Below, piece after piece: positions 1 through 12,003 of a stretch of DNA of 64,000 nucleotides. Positions within the stretch are counted from its first letter, which is position 1, and the number at the start of each line of letters is the position of its first letter. The DNA is from Euglena gracilis (taxonomy: Eukaryota), in NCBI GenBank assembly GCA_039621445.1, contig CP154954.1, forward strand, positions 7,017,425 through 7,081,424, written 5' to 3'. Made by a program: the position numbers and the translations under genes. The notes beneath the pieces were generated by a model that had not been told where the DNA came from, made no database searches, and saw only the letters and a list, made by a program, of their open reading frames with translations.

Positions 1-3000
1 CGAAGCCAAACCTCCCGTCCCGTCCAAAAGAAGCCACCGAGCTTCATCCAGGGCTGCATCTGGAGCCCAAAATCACTGACAATAAGGTCCGGTGCGTTGT
101 CCACCCAACCCCCCTCCACTCCCTCTCACTTCTGGGGCACCAGCTTCCTAACTCCATTGATTTTCAAGCTACTATTCCCAGCCGTCTCCGATGGCGCTCC
201 ACTTTCGATGGGGAGGTGTTGCCGCCAGGCCGATTTGTTGGTTTTTTTGTTGTTTTGGGCAAGCCATTTTAAGGTGTTTTGAACTCTTTCAGAATCTCTG
301 GCGTGTTTATATTTTTCCATTTGGATTTTGCATTATTTTTTTGCTGTTTATTTTTTTAAAAAAAAATTGCATGTACTTGCATAATTTTTGGAGCAAAATG
401 TGAATGAGTGTTCGACATGTCCAAACGAATGTTGCATGATGAAATTTTTTCCTGAGGAGATTCCTGCAGAAATGTTTACTGCCCAGCTTGGTCTGTTTAA
501 ATGTTTTTTTTTCCTTTCACCCAAGCGCATTCCAGGCCAGGCGGCGCGGTCCGTGGCCTCGGAAACACAGCCCTGGCCGCGGAACCGTCGTCTTCCAATC
601 CTTCCCGCGCCGCAAAGAAGCAAAAGAAGGCAAAGGTACGCGCCGTGTTTGATGTGCCGAGTTGGAATCGGGTGGGGAAACCCAAGGGTGTCCCCCGCTT
701 CTCAACCATGTCAAGCTGCGTGAGAAGACAGGCGGCCCATGTGGCATTTAAGAATTCCGCACACCTGCGCACGAACCTGTGACGTGTCCGTCTGCTTCAT
801 TTTGCCCTGTTTGAAACTCCTTCTGTCGGTGACCCTCCGGCCTGTTGCCCAAACATGGCTGAAGTGTCTCGGGGGTTGAACCTGGAGAATTGCCAGAGGG
901 GGAGCTGCAGGCCCCCCAAAAACCTGCTGACTGTGGCACCACAAAGCATTGCAACCCACATATCTGTTGGTCCTTTCACCCTCGCCCGTCACTCGGCAAG
1001 CAAAATTGAGGGCTTGTCCATCAGTTTCTAAACCCAACGCCCTCCAGTGCCTTTGCGCCTGCCTCAGGTCCCAGCGTTTTGCATTGACTTTCAACATCGG
1101 GGCTTGGACCCCATCCAACACGTTTTGAGATGTGTGATCTTTTCCTCAGAGACCCAATCGTGCGCATATGCGCGCGATCCGGCCATCAAAGACCCCTCGG
1201 TGATGTGCTTGGAGACAACGGCTGCCTTCCAGCGGCGTGTTTGTTGGGAGGGGTTTCAAACAGGGGCCGAGAAGCCGAAGAGGTGGAAGTACCCGATGCG
1301 TCCACAGGCGCATGACACCTGCGTGAAGCATCGCCTCTCTGCCTGGGTTTTCAACACGGGCCATGGCGTCTCTCTTCCAATCGCGGCAAGTGCGCATGCA
1401 GTGTGTACCTCTGCGGGCGCGAGCTCGCGCGGTTCGGTGCTGAGTGTATTCCCTCTGGCTCGAGGTCTCCCGCACGGGTAGCCGAGGGCTTCCATTCCGG
1501 TCAATCTGCTGTGTTAAGTGCTGTCTTTTAGCGACCAGCTCGTGGCCAGGCACCGATGACCGACCAGGGCCGACCATGATTTTCAGGACCCCCCCCCCCC
1601 ATAGAACCCCCTTTGTGGGGGTTCTGACCAGGGACAACCGGGGCTGACCTGGGACAACCAGGGCCGACCAGGGCCGCCTTTTCATTTTTTGTTTTGTCAG
1701 CTGATTGTGCCCATGGGAAATGCTGGATAAGATCTTCCCTGGCCTGCAGTTTTTTGGCCGTTTGGTGACGCTTCAAATGGCGGGGTCGGCTCACACGCAG
1801 GTGCCCTCAATCGTGCCATGCGATGTGCACATGTTGTTCCAGCACCGCAAGGTCACTGTCTGCGGAGATTCAGAGGGGTTTCTTACTCACAAGTTTTGAG
1901 TGCCATATTTGCCATCTAACACTTTTTTCCTTTATTGCCCTGAGAATGAATGCCAGGCCAGAGGCAGGTATTACTCTTTTAGGTAGACCACCCCCTCCGA
2001 ACAGCAGGGTGAGAAGGGTGCTGAGTCAGCAGTGGTTCTGTTTAGGGGAGGGGATGTTGGGACCCCCCCCCCCCCGGGGGGCACCCCATGTTGATTTCCC
2101 CAAACAGCTGGTCCCCTTGGCCCCACCCCACAGAGGTTGGGTCGGTTGGTGCTGACCGCACCAGGCTTGTGCTTAGTCGGGTGCCTACCCCACGGGGAGG
2201 GGGGGTGCTAGGGGCAGGCACCCTATAGCACCCGATCCGACCCCCCCCGGGGGGTAGGGTTTTGGGGGGTGCCTGCCCCTAGCAGGCACCCCCCTCCGAC
2301 CCCCGGCGCCGAAGGCGCCGGGGGCCCGGAAAAGGCCATTTTCGATGAAAATTTCTTTCTGGGTCCCCCCCGGACCCCTATCCCCCCCGGGGGGGTGTGC
2401 CTGCTAGGGGCAGGCACCCTATAGCCCCCCCCCCCCTCCCCCCCCCAGTTGGTAAGCACAAGCATGGACCGCACCCCCCCCCCCGGGCCCAACAAAACCT
2501 CCACCCGTGGGGCAATCGGAACCACTTTGCTTTTTCAGGATTGCATTTGGTCAAATCTCTGGCTGCACCGCAGGTGGAGGCCGCCAGCGATGGCGGCAGC
2601 GAGGACGAGCAGACCCCGTTCGTGGTGGAGGAGGTGCTGGCGCAGGCGTACGCCAAAAAGAAGTGGTGCCCGGGGCAACGGCCTTTCTGCCCTTCCGCCG
2701 GCGTTGCCAGGCTGTGGGAAGCCCCAAGCCCAAGCTCCCAATCCAACTGCTTTGGGACTGCTTTACCCCAGGTTGACTTTTAAAGGACAGAGCAGTTTTT
2801 TTTTCTTTCGAAATGTCAGGAGTCTTCCCTTCAGGACCATCCAGAGGGCAAAGGGCTCCCAGTCGCCCCTCTGGAGCTCTTTCAGGACCGGAAATTTGGA
2901 AGTCGAAAAACAGTTTTTTTTATTTGAAGCATTATTTCCTGTTTCCCCCCCATTTTTTTGAAGTTGAAAGAGAAGTTGTTTGCACCAAATTCGACCTTTT

Positions 3001-3315
3001 CTCCGAGTGAAGTTTTTCTTATGCACCCACCCACCCACTCACCCATGTGTATTCCAGTTCTAGCGCCTTTTGTGTTCTTTAAATCACTTATTCTCATCTT
3101 CCAAGTCCCCACAACCAGAACCAATTTTGTGCGTTCTTTTTCTGTGCTGTTTCCGCCCTCCTGCCGGGTGCGTTCTTGCCAATCAATGCCCTCCGCTGAA
3201 GCGTTGTCGCTGCCCCGCTGCCGGGTGCTGCTGCGGTGGGAGGGCCTGCCCCGGTGGAAGGCCACCTGGCACGAGCGGGACGAGAACCCGCGCCTGAAGC
3301 TCGCGGACGTCCCGG
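1..3315 (+). CDS. Partial chromodomain-containing protein (multi-exon; 5' end outside window, 3' end unresolved)
   Basis: In-frame exon chain 1-91, 536-635, 2574-2667, 3223-3315. The first two introns are GT-AG with matching phases; 2668-3222 is non-conventional (gcc-CGG...CCG-ctgcc). Spliced peptide ...AAKKQKKAK|VEAASDGGSEDEQTPFVVEEVLAQAYAKKKWWVLLRWEGLPRWKATWHERDENP fits the chromodomain pattern (F/Y-x-VE-x-I/V-L...L-x-W-x-G...TW). Possible further exons near 5430-5610 and 6300-6350 were not resolved. Confidence 0.65.
2162..2466. mobile_element. hAT-like MITE, 8-bp TSD
   Basis: TIR caggcttgtgctta...taagcacaagcatg; perfect TSD gaccgcac on both sides; lies in an intron of the chromodomain gene. 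Confidence 0.85.
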
Positions 3316-6300
3316 GTATGCTGTGGGGACCCCCCCTTAGTTGCACGAAGGCTTCTTGTCTGTTTATGGCCGGTGCTAACTTCGCTTCTGGCCCAGTTTG
3401 CTGCGTGGTGAGTGGCCAGGGACCCCTTACCCCAGTGCTCTTTTGTTGCTCCGCCTGGCCGGGTGAGTAACTCTGGTGTAATTCCAGCGCTGTAGGGACA
3501 TACACTCACCTTGTGTGGTTGGTGTGGTCTCCCCCCCCCCCCCCGTGGGGACTGTGGGGACCCCCCCCCACGTACAGCGTTGTCCGATCCAAGCGGTCAT
3601 CAGAGGCTGTGGCGCTTGGAAATTTCGGTCTCGGTCTGCCCGACGCTCCATAGCACTGATTCACTGGTGAGGTTGCGGTGGTTAACTGGCGGGGTTACAG
3701 GTGAAATGCCTCAAAGAAATACAAGGGCTCGTTCATTGTCGAATGCAGTTCCGTATGGGCTTGCCAAATAGTATCCGGTCCTGTTCGGATGTCTGCTCCC
3801 TCCTCTGTGAGGGGTCTCCATCTGTGTGGTTTATTTTTCCTTTTCATCAAGGGTGCCTTGAACCGCGCTTTGAGCAATATATGTTTGCAAATTCAAGACC
3901 CATTGAATGTGCAGTAAGGAGAACCACATGCCAGCAAAATCGATGCGGTTTTTTTGTATCACTCTGGATGTCTTCACGTTAATATGTGTATTACACCCAG
4001 CGTCTGAAATGTTTGCCCACGGCCGACAAAAATATTTGCCCCAACCTGTCAAAATTGTTGCCAAGCGCCCTCAAAGAAATTCGCCCAACGGTCTCAAGGT
4101 TTTTGGCAGTGCCCCGGAAAAATATTTGCATTTGTTCCGAAAAAAAAATTTGCACTCCGTCATTTTATTTTTTGTTCAATGAAAAACAGCTTTATACTGG
4201 ACAATGGAAAAAGATCCACGCCGATTGAAGTTTCAACTGTGCAAAACACCGACCCAAGTGCAAGGATTTTTGGAACGGAGGCAAATATTTTTGGGATATG
4301 GTGCAAACATTTTTGAGAAAAGTTGCAAAAGAATTGGTAGCACGTGCAAACATTTTTGAGATGCAATCCAAAAAAAAAAAGACCTGAAGTGCAAAAAATA
4401 TACGGTGTGAAGTGCGAATAATAATTCGGTCGTCATAACAAATCAGTTGATTAATTTGTATCACTCTGGATCGTTTTCCCCTGTTTTCCTTTTTCTGCCC
4501 TGTCTGGTCACATCTCAAGATACAAAATTTATTTTGGGTGAACGTGTGGACATCAGAAAACGGGTTATTTTTATTTTTCTCTCTCGAATTAGTTTTTAAG
4601 TTCATGCCTTTTTGGCAAACGCCTCTTGTCAATGGATGGCACATTGACCAGTCTGTGCACGTTTTTTCCTGGAACTCGTCCCAGATCCCTTTTGTGTGGT
4701 GTTGGGAGATGCATTGTGCAACACTCTGTTATTACTTTGTGCCGATCTTCCTGTGAGTTTATCATTTTGAGAACAGACCTGGAATACACATTTTTTCAAT
4801 TTTTTCTCACGTTGTTTTTGACCCTTCGCAGTGTGGGATTTGAAGGTGTGCCCGGAATGCCAGCGGGGCAGTTTCAATGTGAAGGATGGCCTCCTGCTTG
4901 AGTGCTTTCCATCCGACTGCTAACCCTTTCTCAGCTGCCTGAGTGTTTTTGGAAACATCCCCATAGCTTTGAATTTTTTCATTGCCCTTTTCCCAGGCTG
5001 CATCATTTTCTGTGACTTTTTTTTTGGAATGCAAAAGGAATTGGTCATTTGTTGTGCTGTATCATTGATTTGCCTACAAATTGCCAAGCAGTTGTATGCT
5101 GCTGTTACTGCCATCAGCATTTCCACAAGTCGTGGCCCCTTCTGGAGAGCAGGAAATGCATTTGATGTAATTCTGGGCTTTCTTCTCCCTTCTGGAAAAC
5201 GGTCGGATTAATCCCGTTGTGGATCTCTTTCGTTTTCCCTCAGTCGAGTATTTTTGTGACGATTAACCCAACAAAAAAAAAGAGCTGAGGCGTCATATCG
5301 ACAAATGGTGAAAGCCTCTTTGTGACAGCATCTAGAAGCTATTCCCCAGTTCCCTATTTCTCACTAAGCGCGAGATTTTTTTTGGCTCGAACGGGATGTC
5401 GCATTTCGTCGTTTCAGAGAGGGTTGCAGGCAGTTTGGTTCCAATTCCGGGCTCAGGCTCCCAAGTGGGAGGCAGCGGGGAGACCGTTCCGGCCGAAGGG
5501 GCCACCCTCCGGGCTGTGCCGGCCCCCACCACCCGCACCAGGGATGCCGCAGGTGGCCGGCCGTCCATTTCCTCCGTTGTCCAATTCTTTTACCCTGGCC
5601 TGCTAGCGTCGGGTGAGACGTTGATGAGGGGTGGTGGCAGACATCTGCTGAGCTGCTTTTTTCCATTCCAGCCGAGGTTTTTTCTGAAAGTTTGGTGAAT
5701 AGGGGAGGGGGTGGGTGTGTCCCCCCCCCCCCATGGAGGTGGGGTCGGGCCGGGTCCCCCCAGAGGAGGCTTTTTTCTCCACTTTCGACGCGAAGCATTA
5801 AATTGAATGCCGAAATTCACCTCCCAAAAATTTGTCCCGTCGGACCCCCCCCCCCCAGGGGTAGGTAGTCGGTCTGGACCACTCCTCTGGTTCTGAAAAA
5901 AGAATTTCTCAGTTGATGAAATTTGCATTGGAACCGAAAATTTATTTTGTGCTGTTTTCAAGAAATAGTTTGCTTGCTTTTAATTTGCTTTTCAGAATTT
6001 GGTGCATGAATCCACCTGCAAATCATTCCCTACTGCCCAGGTGGAAATATTCTTGAAATACATGGGCACATGTTGTTTTTGAAGTCAATCTTATGGTGCA
6101 ATCTCCCAAAGTGCATCGTTCTGCGAAGCGATGTTTGCTGAATTCATGCCCCCGACCACTTTCTCAAGATCCTCCGAACAGTTTCAGGGATTGTGTAAAT
6201 TTTTTCCGAGTTTTTTTGGGGGGGTTTCCCCCAGAAGGCCGCAAATTGTGCCATCAAAGTGGCAAGGGATGGGGCAAGGTTGTGCCAGGGGCTCGGGGGG

Positions 6301-6594
6301 GCACGGTCACCTACAGCCGCCGGTACTGTGTCCTGGACGAGCCCCGCCGGCCCAGCTCCGCCCCGCCGTCCCATCAGCCGCTTGGGGCAGGCCTCTCCCA
6401 TCGGTGTTGTTAAATTTTTGTGTTTGCCCGGGCAACAAGGATGCGCAAAAAAGCGTGTTTCTCTGCGGCTGGTTTTGGTTGCACCCAGGCGCCATGTATG
6501 TGTTAATTTTACAGTTTTTTTTTTGTTTTGAAAGGTTGTTTTGTTCCCCCAGATCCCCCGGGGGGTGGAAGGGTGTGGGTGGGCAGGTCCGGGG

Positions 6595-8187
6595 CAGACA
6601 TTCATTTAGTGTGGTACACCAAGGTTGTCATTTTGTGGTTCACTGTGGACACCAAATTTTTTTTTGTGGTTCACCTGTGGACACCAAAAATTTTTTTGTG
6701 GTTCACCTGTGGACACCAAAAAAAATTTGTGGTTCACATGTGGACACCAAACATTGGGGTCAAAAAATTGATTTTCCTAAAAATTTCTCGAAAATGGTGG
6801 GGAATTAAAGGAAAGGTCCGGCGACCTGAATTGAAGCCCTTTGAAGCCGTATCTAAGGGTATTTTGATTTCCCCGCAACTCCCCACCCAGCCCGAGTTAC
6901 GTCCATTTTCCGGCAAATTTGGGCCATTTTGTACAGTGGCCTGTTTTGATTTAGCCGTTTTAGGTCATTTTTGTGTGAAAAAGGTCTAAAACGTTCGAAA
7001 AAAAATCGAAAAGAAATTGCCCGAAACATGTTTCCCGGACCCGGAAGACCTGTTTTTGAGCCGAAAATGAGCGTTTTTCGACCCCCGTCCCCCCGTTTTT
7101 TTTTTGCCCGGAACCCACGCATTTGGGTGCAAATTTTTATATTTAGCCTCAAGGGGGTCTTAAAATACACACCTGGCGCGAAGCACCGGAAGTTTTTTTT
7201 TTTTGCCCCTGCAGAGGAGGGGGCCAAAATGCTTCCTTTTTCTTTTTTTTCCCCACCAGGCTTCTGCTTAAGGGATTGCAGTACCCCCCCCCCTCCCGGG
7301 GGGGGACTGGACTGCAGCTAGTCCAAATTTGGCTAGTGGGATTTCTAGCAGACCCCCCCGGGGGGGTCTGCAAGCAGGGCTGGCTAGTGGAAAATTTTTT
7401 CCAGTGACCGGCGCGACCCCCAAAAATGGCCAAAAATGCCCGTTTTTGGCCATTTTTGGGAATTTTTGGAACAAAATCTGCCAAAAACCTATTAGAAACC
7501 TCATTTCCACCTCGGTGCACAGCGCCGGAGGAAAATTTTTTTCCAGTTCGGGGGGCCCCTGGGGGGGGGAGGGGGGGGTCTAGCTAATCCATTTTTTCCA
7601 GTGTCTGGCCGATTGGCTAGCCAGTACCCCCCCCCCCCGGGGTCCTTAAGCAGAAGCCTGTTCCCCACTCTTTTTCAGTTTTCCCCCTATTTTGTGATGT
7701 CAAGCAATGAATCAAGTGATTATGTGTCAAATTTGGGCTTGGATTGGAAGTATTTGGTCTGAGAAGGACAGTTCTGAGGATTGTGTGTCCTTTTCCGACC
7801 TGAGATGTGACAGTGATTTCTCCTTTGGGAGGGGTGCGAACTTTTTAGGGAGGTAGTTTTGAACCCTTGGGGGGTGCGCACTTATTAGGGCACTGCGCAT
7901 AATTAGGGCATTGCGCACTTATTTGGGGGGGTTAACGGGTTTAACCGGAGCCAGGGTCCACAATTTGGCTGAGGTGTCTCAAGATCAATCAATTTCGATC
8001 CTCAATCAATCTTTATGGGCAAAATTTTTTGTGGACGCCAAAAATGTTTTGTGGTTCACTGTGGACACCAAAAAATTTTTTGTGGTTCACCTGTGGACAC
8101 CAAAAAAATTTTGTGGTTCATCTGTGGACACCAAAAAAAAATTTGTGGTTCACACGTCTTTTGTGAACCACACTAAATGAACGTCTG
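6595..8187. mobile_element. hAT-like non-autonomous element, family A, copy 1
   Basis: TIR cagacattcatttagtgtgg...ccacactaaatgaacgtctg; perfect TSD gtccgggg; subterminal arrays of about 29-bp tttgtggttcacctgtggacaccaaaa at both ends; contains a nested family B copy. Confidence 0.92.
7257..7660. mobile_element. hAT-like MITE, family B, nested in family A
   Basis: TIR caggcttctgcttaagg...ccttaagcagaagcctg (perfect 17 bp); perfect TSD ttccccac. Confidence 0.95.
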
Positions 8188-8316
8188 GTCCGGGGCTGGA
8201 GGCTTGGTATGGATTTGAGAGAAGATTGCCCTTGGACAGCCCCGATGGGGCTTTCTCAAAAAATTTCCAGCACTTCGCACGCCCCCCCCCCTCCACAGAG
8301 TTTTATGTTTCCTTTA

Positions 8317-9014
8317 CTGTCATAGGAAAAAATAACATCCGGAAAAAATAACATCTGGAAAAAATAGCATCTGAATAAATAACATCCAGAGAGGCTTGTC
8401 AAAAGGCACTTAAAGGTTATCTAGTTCCAGCGCTTCAGTCACCCGGACTGCGCCATTGTTTAGGTGGAGGGAGTGCAAGGCATTGCAAAAAAAAAACTGG
8501 AGCGCACACCAGACATTTACCTACACCCCCCCACGAGTCATTGCCAGTTTTCCCCCCAGGACCCCCACAGGACAGGGTCCTGGGGGGGGGGGAACTGGCC
8601 ATAAATGCCCCCCACACACCCCACACTTGACCAGTGTGGGCTTAAGGCAGGTGGGAGGGTCGGACTCCCACCCGGTCCAGGAGGGGGGGGTCGGGCATAT
8701 TGCAATAACTGGGTGATCCCAACACAAACAAATAGCATCTGGTATAAGAGTATCCAGAGCATAACCCATGAAACGGTACATTCCTTACTTCAAAAAGGCA
8801 AGGATTGAATGCAAGCTTGATGGACTGCCTCGTCCTTTGGTAATGATTGTCACAGTCGTTCGTGTTCTTCATCCCACATCCTATCCACTTTATACATCTT
8901 ATCTATTTTCGACTTATTTCTGGAGCAAATGAAGAAAAAATAACATCTGACTAAATAACATCTAAAAGCGGCTTAGATGTTATTTTTTCCAGATGTTATT
9001 TTTTCCTATGACAG
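8317..9014. mobile_element. TA-flanked non-autonomous DNA transposon (Tc1/mariner-like)
   Basis: TIR of about 40 bp, ctgtcataggaaaaaataacatc...gatgttattttttcctatgacag, with TA on both sides. Confidence 0.85.
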
Positions 9015-9697
9015 TAATTCAATTTTGGGTGGCCTTTGTAAATCCAGGTTCGATTTTGTTGTATGTATTTGTTGGAGTGCCGTTTTGAGTTTAGGTGAGT
9101 TGAGAGAAAAGGAAATGCTGCAATGGTCAGAAGTTTCGGAGATCCCAGACACACATTATTTTTAAGGCAAATTTTTTTATACTTTAATGTGTTTTTAAGG
9201 TGTTTTTTTTATATAAAAAAACAGCTTGTAAAGGTTTTTTGAAGGCATTCTGGCAAATTTTTTAAAGGTTTATTTCTTACAGGGTTTTAAGGTTTTTTAA
9301 GGCTCCTTTAAACAATAATGCCTGATCCCAGGTTCCACGCACATGCATCTTTGTGTGTTTTTGTTTCAACCTCGGGGGGTTGTGGACACTTTTGTGGGCT
9401 GCCCCCTGACCGCCTTCCAAGCGCCAGAAGTGACGACCCCGTCCGCAGCCCGGTGGCCCCGTATCCCCCTGCACGCCCCTTTCTCCCATGCCTGCAAGCC
9501 AGTGGACCACCGTTCAGAAAGTTGCCACCCCCGGCAGCTGTCCCCCCCGGTACCGCGCAGACATTCACTGTGCATCGCCCAAAATCCTTTGTGCATGGCT
9601 GTGCCATGGCATTGCCACCCATGTTAAGTGAATGGCTGGCTCTGCGGCGGCGCTCCTGCTCGAAGGGTCCCCTCGGGGCCAAGCTCCTATGAAATGG

Positions 9698-9781
9698 CTG
9701 GGCGTGACTGGGCGTGACTGGGCGTGACTGGGCGTGACTGGGCGTGACTGGGCGTGACTGGGCGTGACTGGGCGTGACCGG
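9698..9781. repeat. 10-bp minisatellite (ggcgtgactg) x8
   Basis: Direct tandem array with no spacers; the last unit is ggcgtgaccg. Confidence 0.95.
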
Positions 9782-11107
9782 GTTCAGGATTCTGGTTACC
9801 CATAGGTGTTTGCTTCGGGCCCACCAGCGCGCCGACGGTGCACATCCAGCTTGCTGCCGTTCGATGGCGTCCGTTTGGTTCCATCGCCGGCTGTACACTA
9901 CCCCTCCCCCGTTGTGGAGCCCCAGGGGCTCTGTCTGCCTGCCCTCGCCCTTGCAACCCGAACACGGTCACCATTTGTGGCCATCAGAGTCTGCCCCTCC
10001 TGCCCCTCCCCACTCCCCAACCACGCATGAACGCGACCGTCCCCCCCTCAACGTTGCACACGTGCAGCCCAGTCCTGCCCCTGGACCTCCCGTGCCACTG
10101 GAACTAATATGCCACTCCTTGGCGAGTGGGCATTGCTTCTGTGTCATATCGTGTGTTGCTGGTCTGCTTTTCCGATTCAAAGGTGGTTTGGAGCCAAAAT
10201 GACCCATTCACATATTTTGCAGAAGCTTATTATGCAAATCTTTGGATAAACATCTCATAAAAGAACAGCATGGGGTAAACCCTTCCTTGAGGAGAAAACC
10301 TTTCCCATTTCAAAAACCAGCCCTATCCGACCTCCAGCAAACTACAGCGGGGGGGGGGGGCAACACAGACCTAGAAAATGTAAAAAAGACACCCCCGATG
10401 AACACTGCTAGACAAGACTCACCTTCTCAAGAATATCTCAGAATTTTATTTAATTCTGCAATATTACATGTCATCCAACATTGTGCTTAAGTTGGGCAAA
10501 TTTTTGCATATTTCCCACCGGGATAACAAGGTCCAAAAAATTGTCGAGCAAAAACTCAAAAATCACTGGCACAAAAAAAGCACATTTTTTTACCAAAATT
10601 GAACAAAAACATCCCCTGCACAGGCCATGCCCAGAAAGGTAGCTTAAAATAACCATGCTCCAAACATTACCAATTTGTGGTGACCCACCCAAAGGGCGCC
10701 GGAATGGTAATTATAAACCAGAGTACTAAAATAGAAAGAGATAATACTGCATATATTTAGAACACTTGAATCCCAAAATGTGGGGGTGGGACCCCACTTC
10801 TCCACTTATGGCTCTTAGATGCTGATGTGTCAGTCTGGCCGCCGCATCTTGGTAGCATGTGCAGCCCATTAGGCATGGCGTGGCAGCCATCAAGCCACGC
10901 GATGTGTTGCGGGGGTGACCAGCTGACAGGGTTCCGGGAGATAATTTTCCTGCAAACGTCGACGCAATTTTCTCCCCCCGTGTGCCGTTCGCATGGGCAG
11001 TTCACGCTTAAGCTATCCTTGCCGCCCAAACAAACACTGGTCCCCCTGAGCCCCCCCTTCCTTCCGGGTGGTGAGTGTGTGGGTCCTGACCCTCAACACA
11101 GGGGGCC

Positions 11108-11971
11108 ATGGCGACGGTCGCCCCGACCGTCCGGTCCGTCGGGGCCACGATGCGGCGGCCGTCGCAGCACCAGGCCAGGCGGCTTCCAACAAGGAATTCC
11201 CCCGGGGGGCCGGGATCTCTGGGAAGCTGAGGTTGGTGGTCAGAAGGGGGTCCCGACCCCCGGGGTCCAGGTGATCGGGGGGGGGGGGCAGACCTTGGTG
11301 GGTTCCAAAAGTTGTGCAAAAATTCTTTCAGAGCTCTGCGCTGCGAAATGCAAAAAAAATCACTTTTTCTTCTTTATTTTCCCTCACCACTACACATTAC
11401 CCTGCTACGCCCCTCCCCACTTCCCCCCCTGCCCCCCCCCCGGTCTGGGCAAAACGCCTGTCGCCGGCGCACAACGAGCTGCGGGCCCGCAGTGACCAGC
11501 AGAAGATGCACCAGAGCTGGGCGGGCGCTGCCGTTCCGGGTGACTGGAAAGACTGCCGGTTCCCCCCACCCACCTTGAGGTAAGCTTTGGGGGGGGGGCT
11601 TGGAGGTCCCATTTTGCGTTCCAGTTCACCGCTTTGTTTTGGGGTCGCAGAACTTTGACAAATACCCCTCTCACCACGCTTTGCAACAAACCTGCGGGCC
11701 ACATCTCCAGCAAACCCACTCCCGCGTTGAAAAATAATGCATTTCAGGCTGGTTTTTTCTAAAAAAAATACCCGTCCGGTCTGCAAAGCGATTCATTGTG
11801 TGCCTATTTTAAGGTTCAGGTGTAGGTGGTTCGGGGCACCAGCTAGGTTTTGAGTGTTGTGGCTGCAGGAAAAAAGCTGGTTGGGCTCTTTGGTTGGGCT
11901 TTTCGAACCATGAACCATGAACCAGCAATTTCCAAGGAAAGTCTAGCCAGGCCAGTGAATTTGTAGCACAC

Positions 11972-12003
<32 letters not shown>

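Noticed and set aside
2666-2667. GT as a canonical donor for the chromodomain intron
   Set aside because: No AG acceptor precedes the next exon. The stem-defined 3+5 junction (2667/3223) gives a coherent frame.
6630-6750. Regularly spaced ~29-bp repeats (also 8030-8155, 30060-30210, 31660-31775) resembling a CRISPR array
   Set aside because: There are no unique spacers and no cas genes, the context is eukaryotic, and these are subterminal repeats of family A transposons.
9308-9898. ORF with HAQSRPVTPS repeats
   Set aside because: Translation of a 10-bp minisatellite with no other coding evidence.
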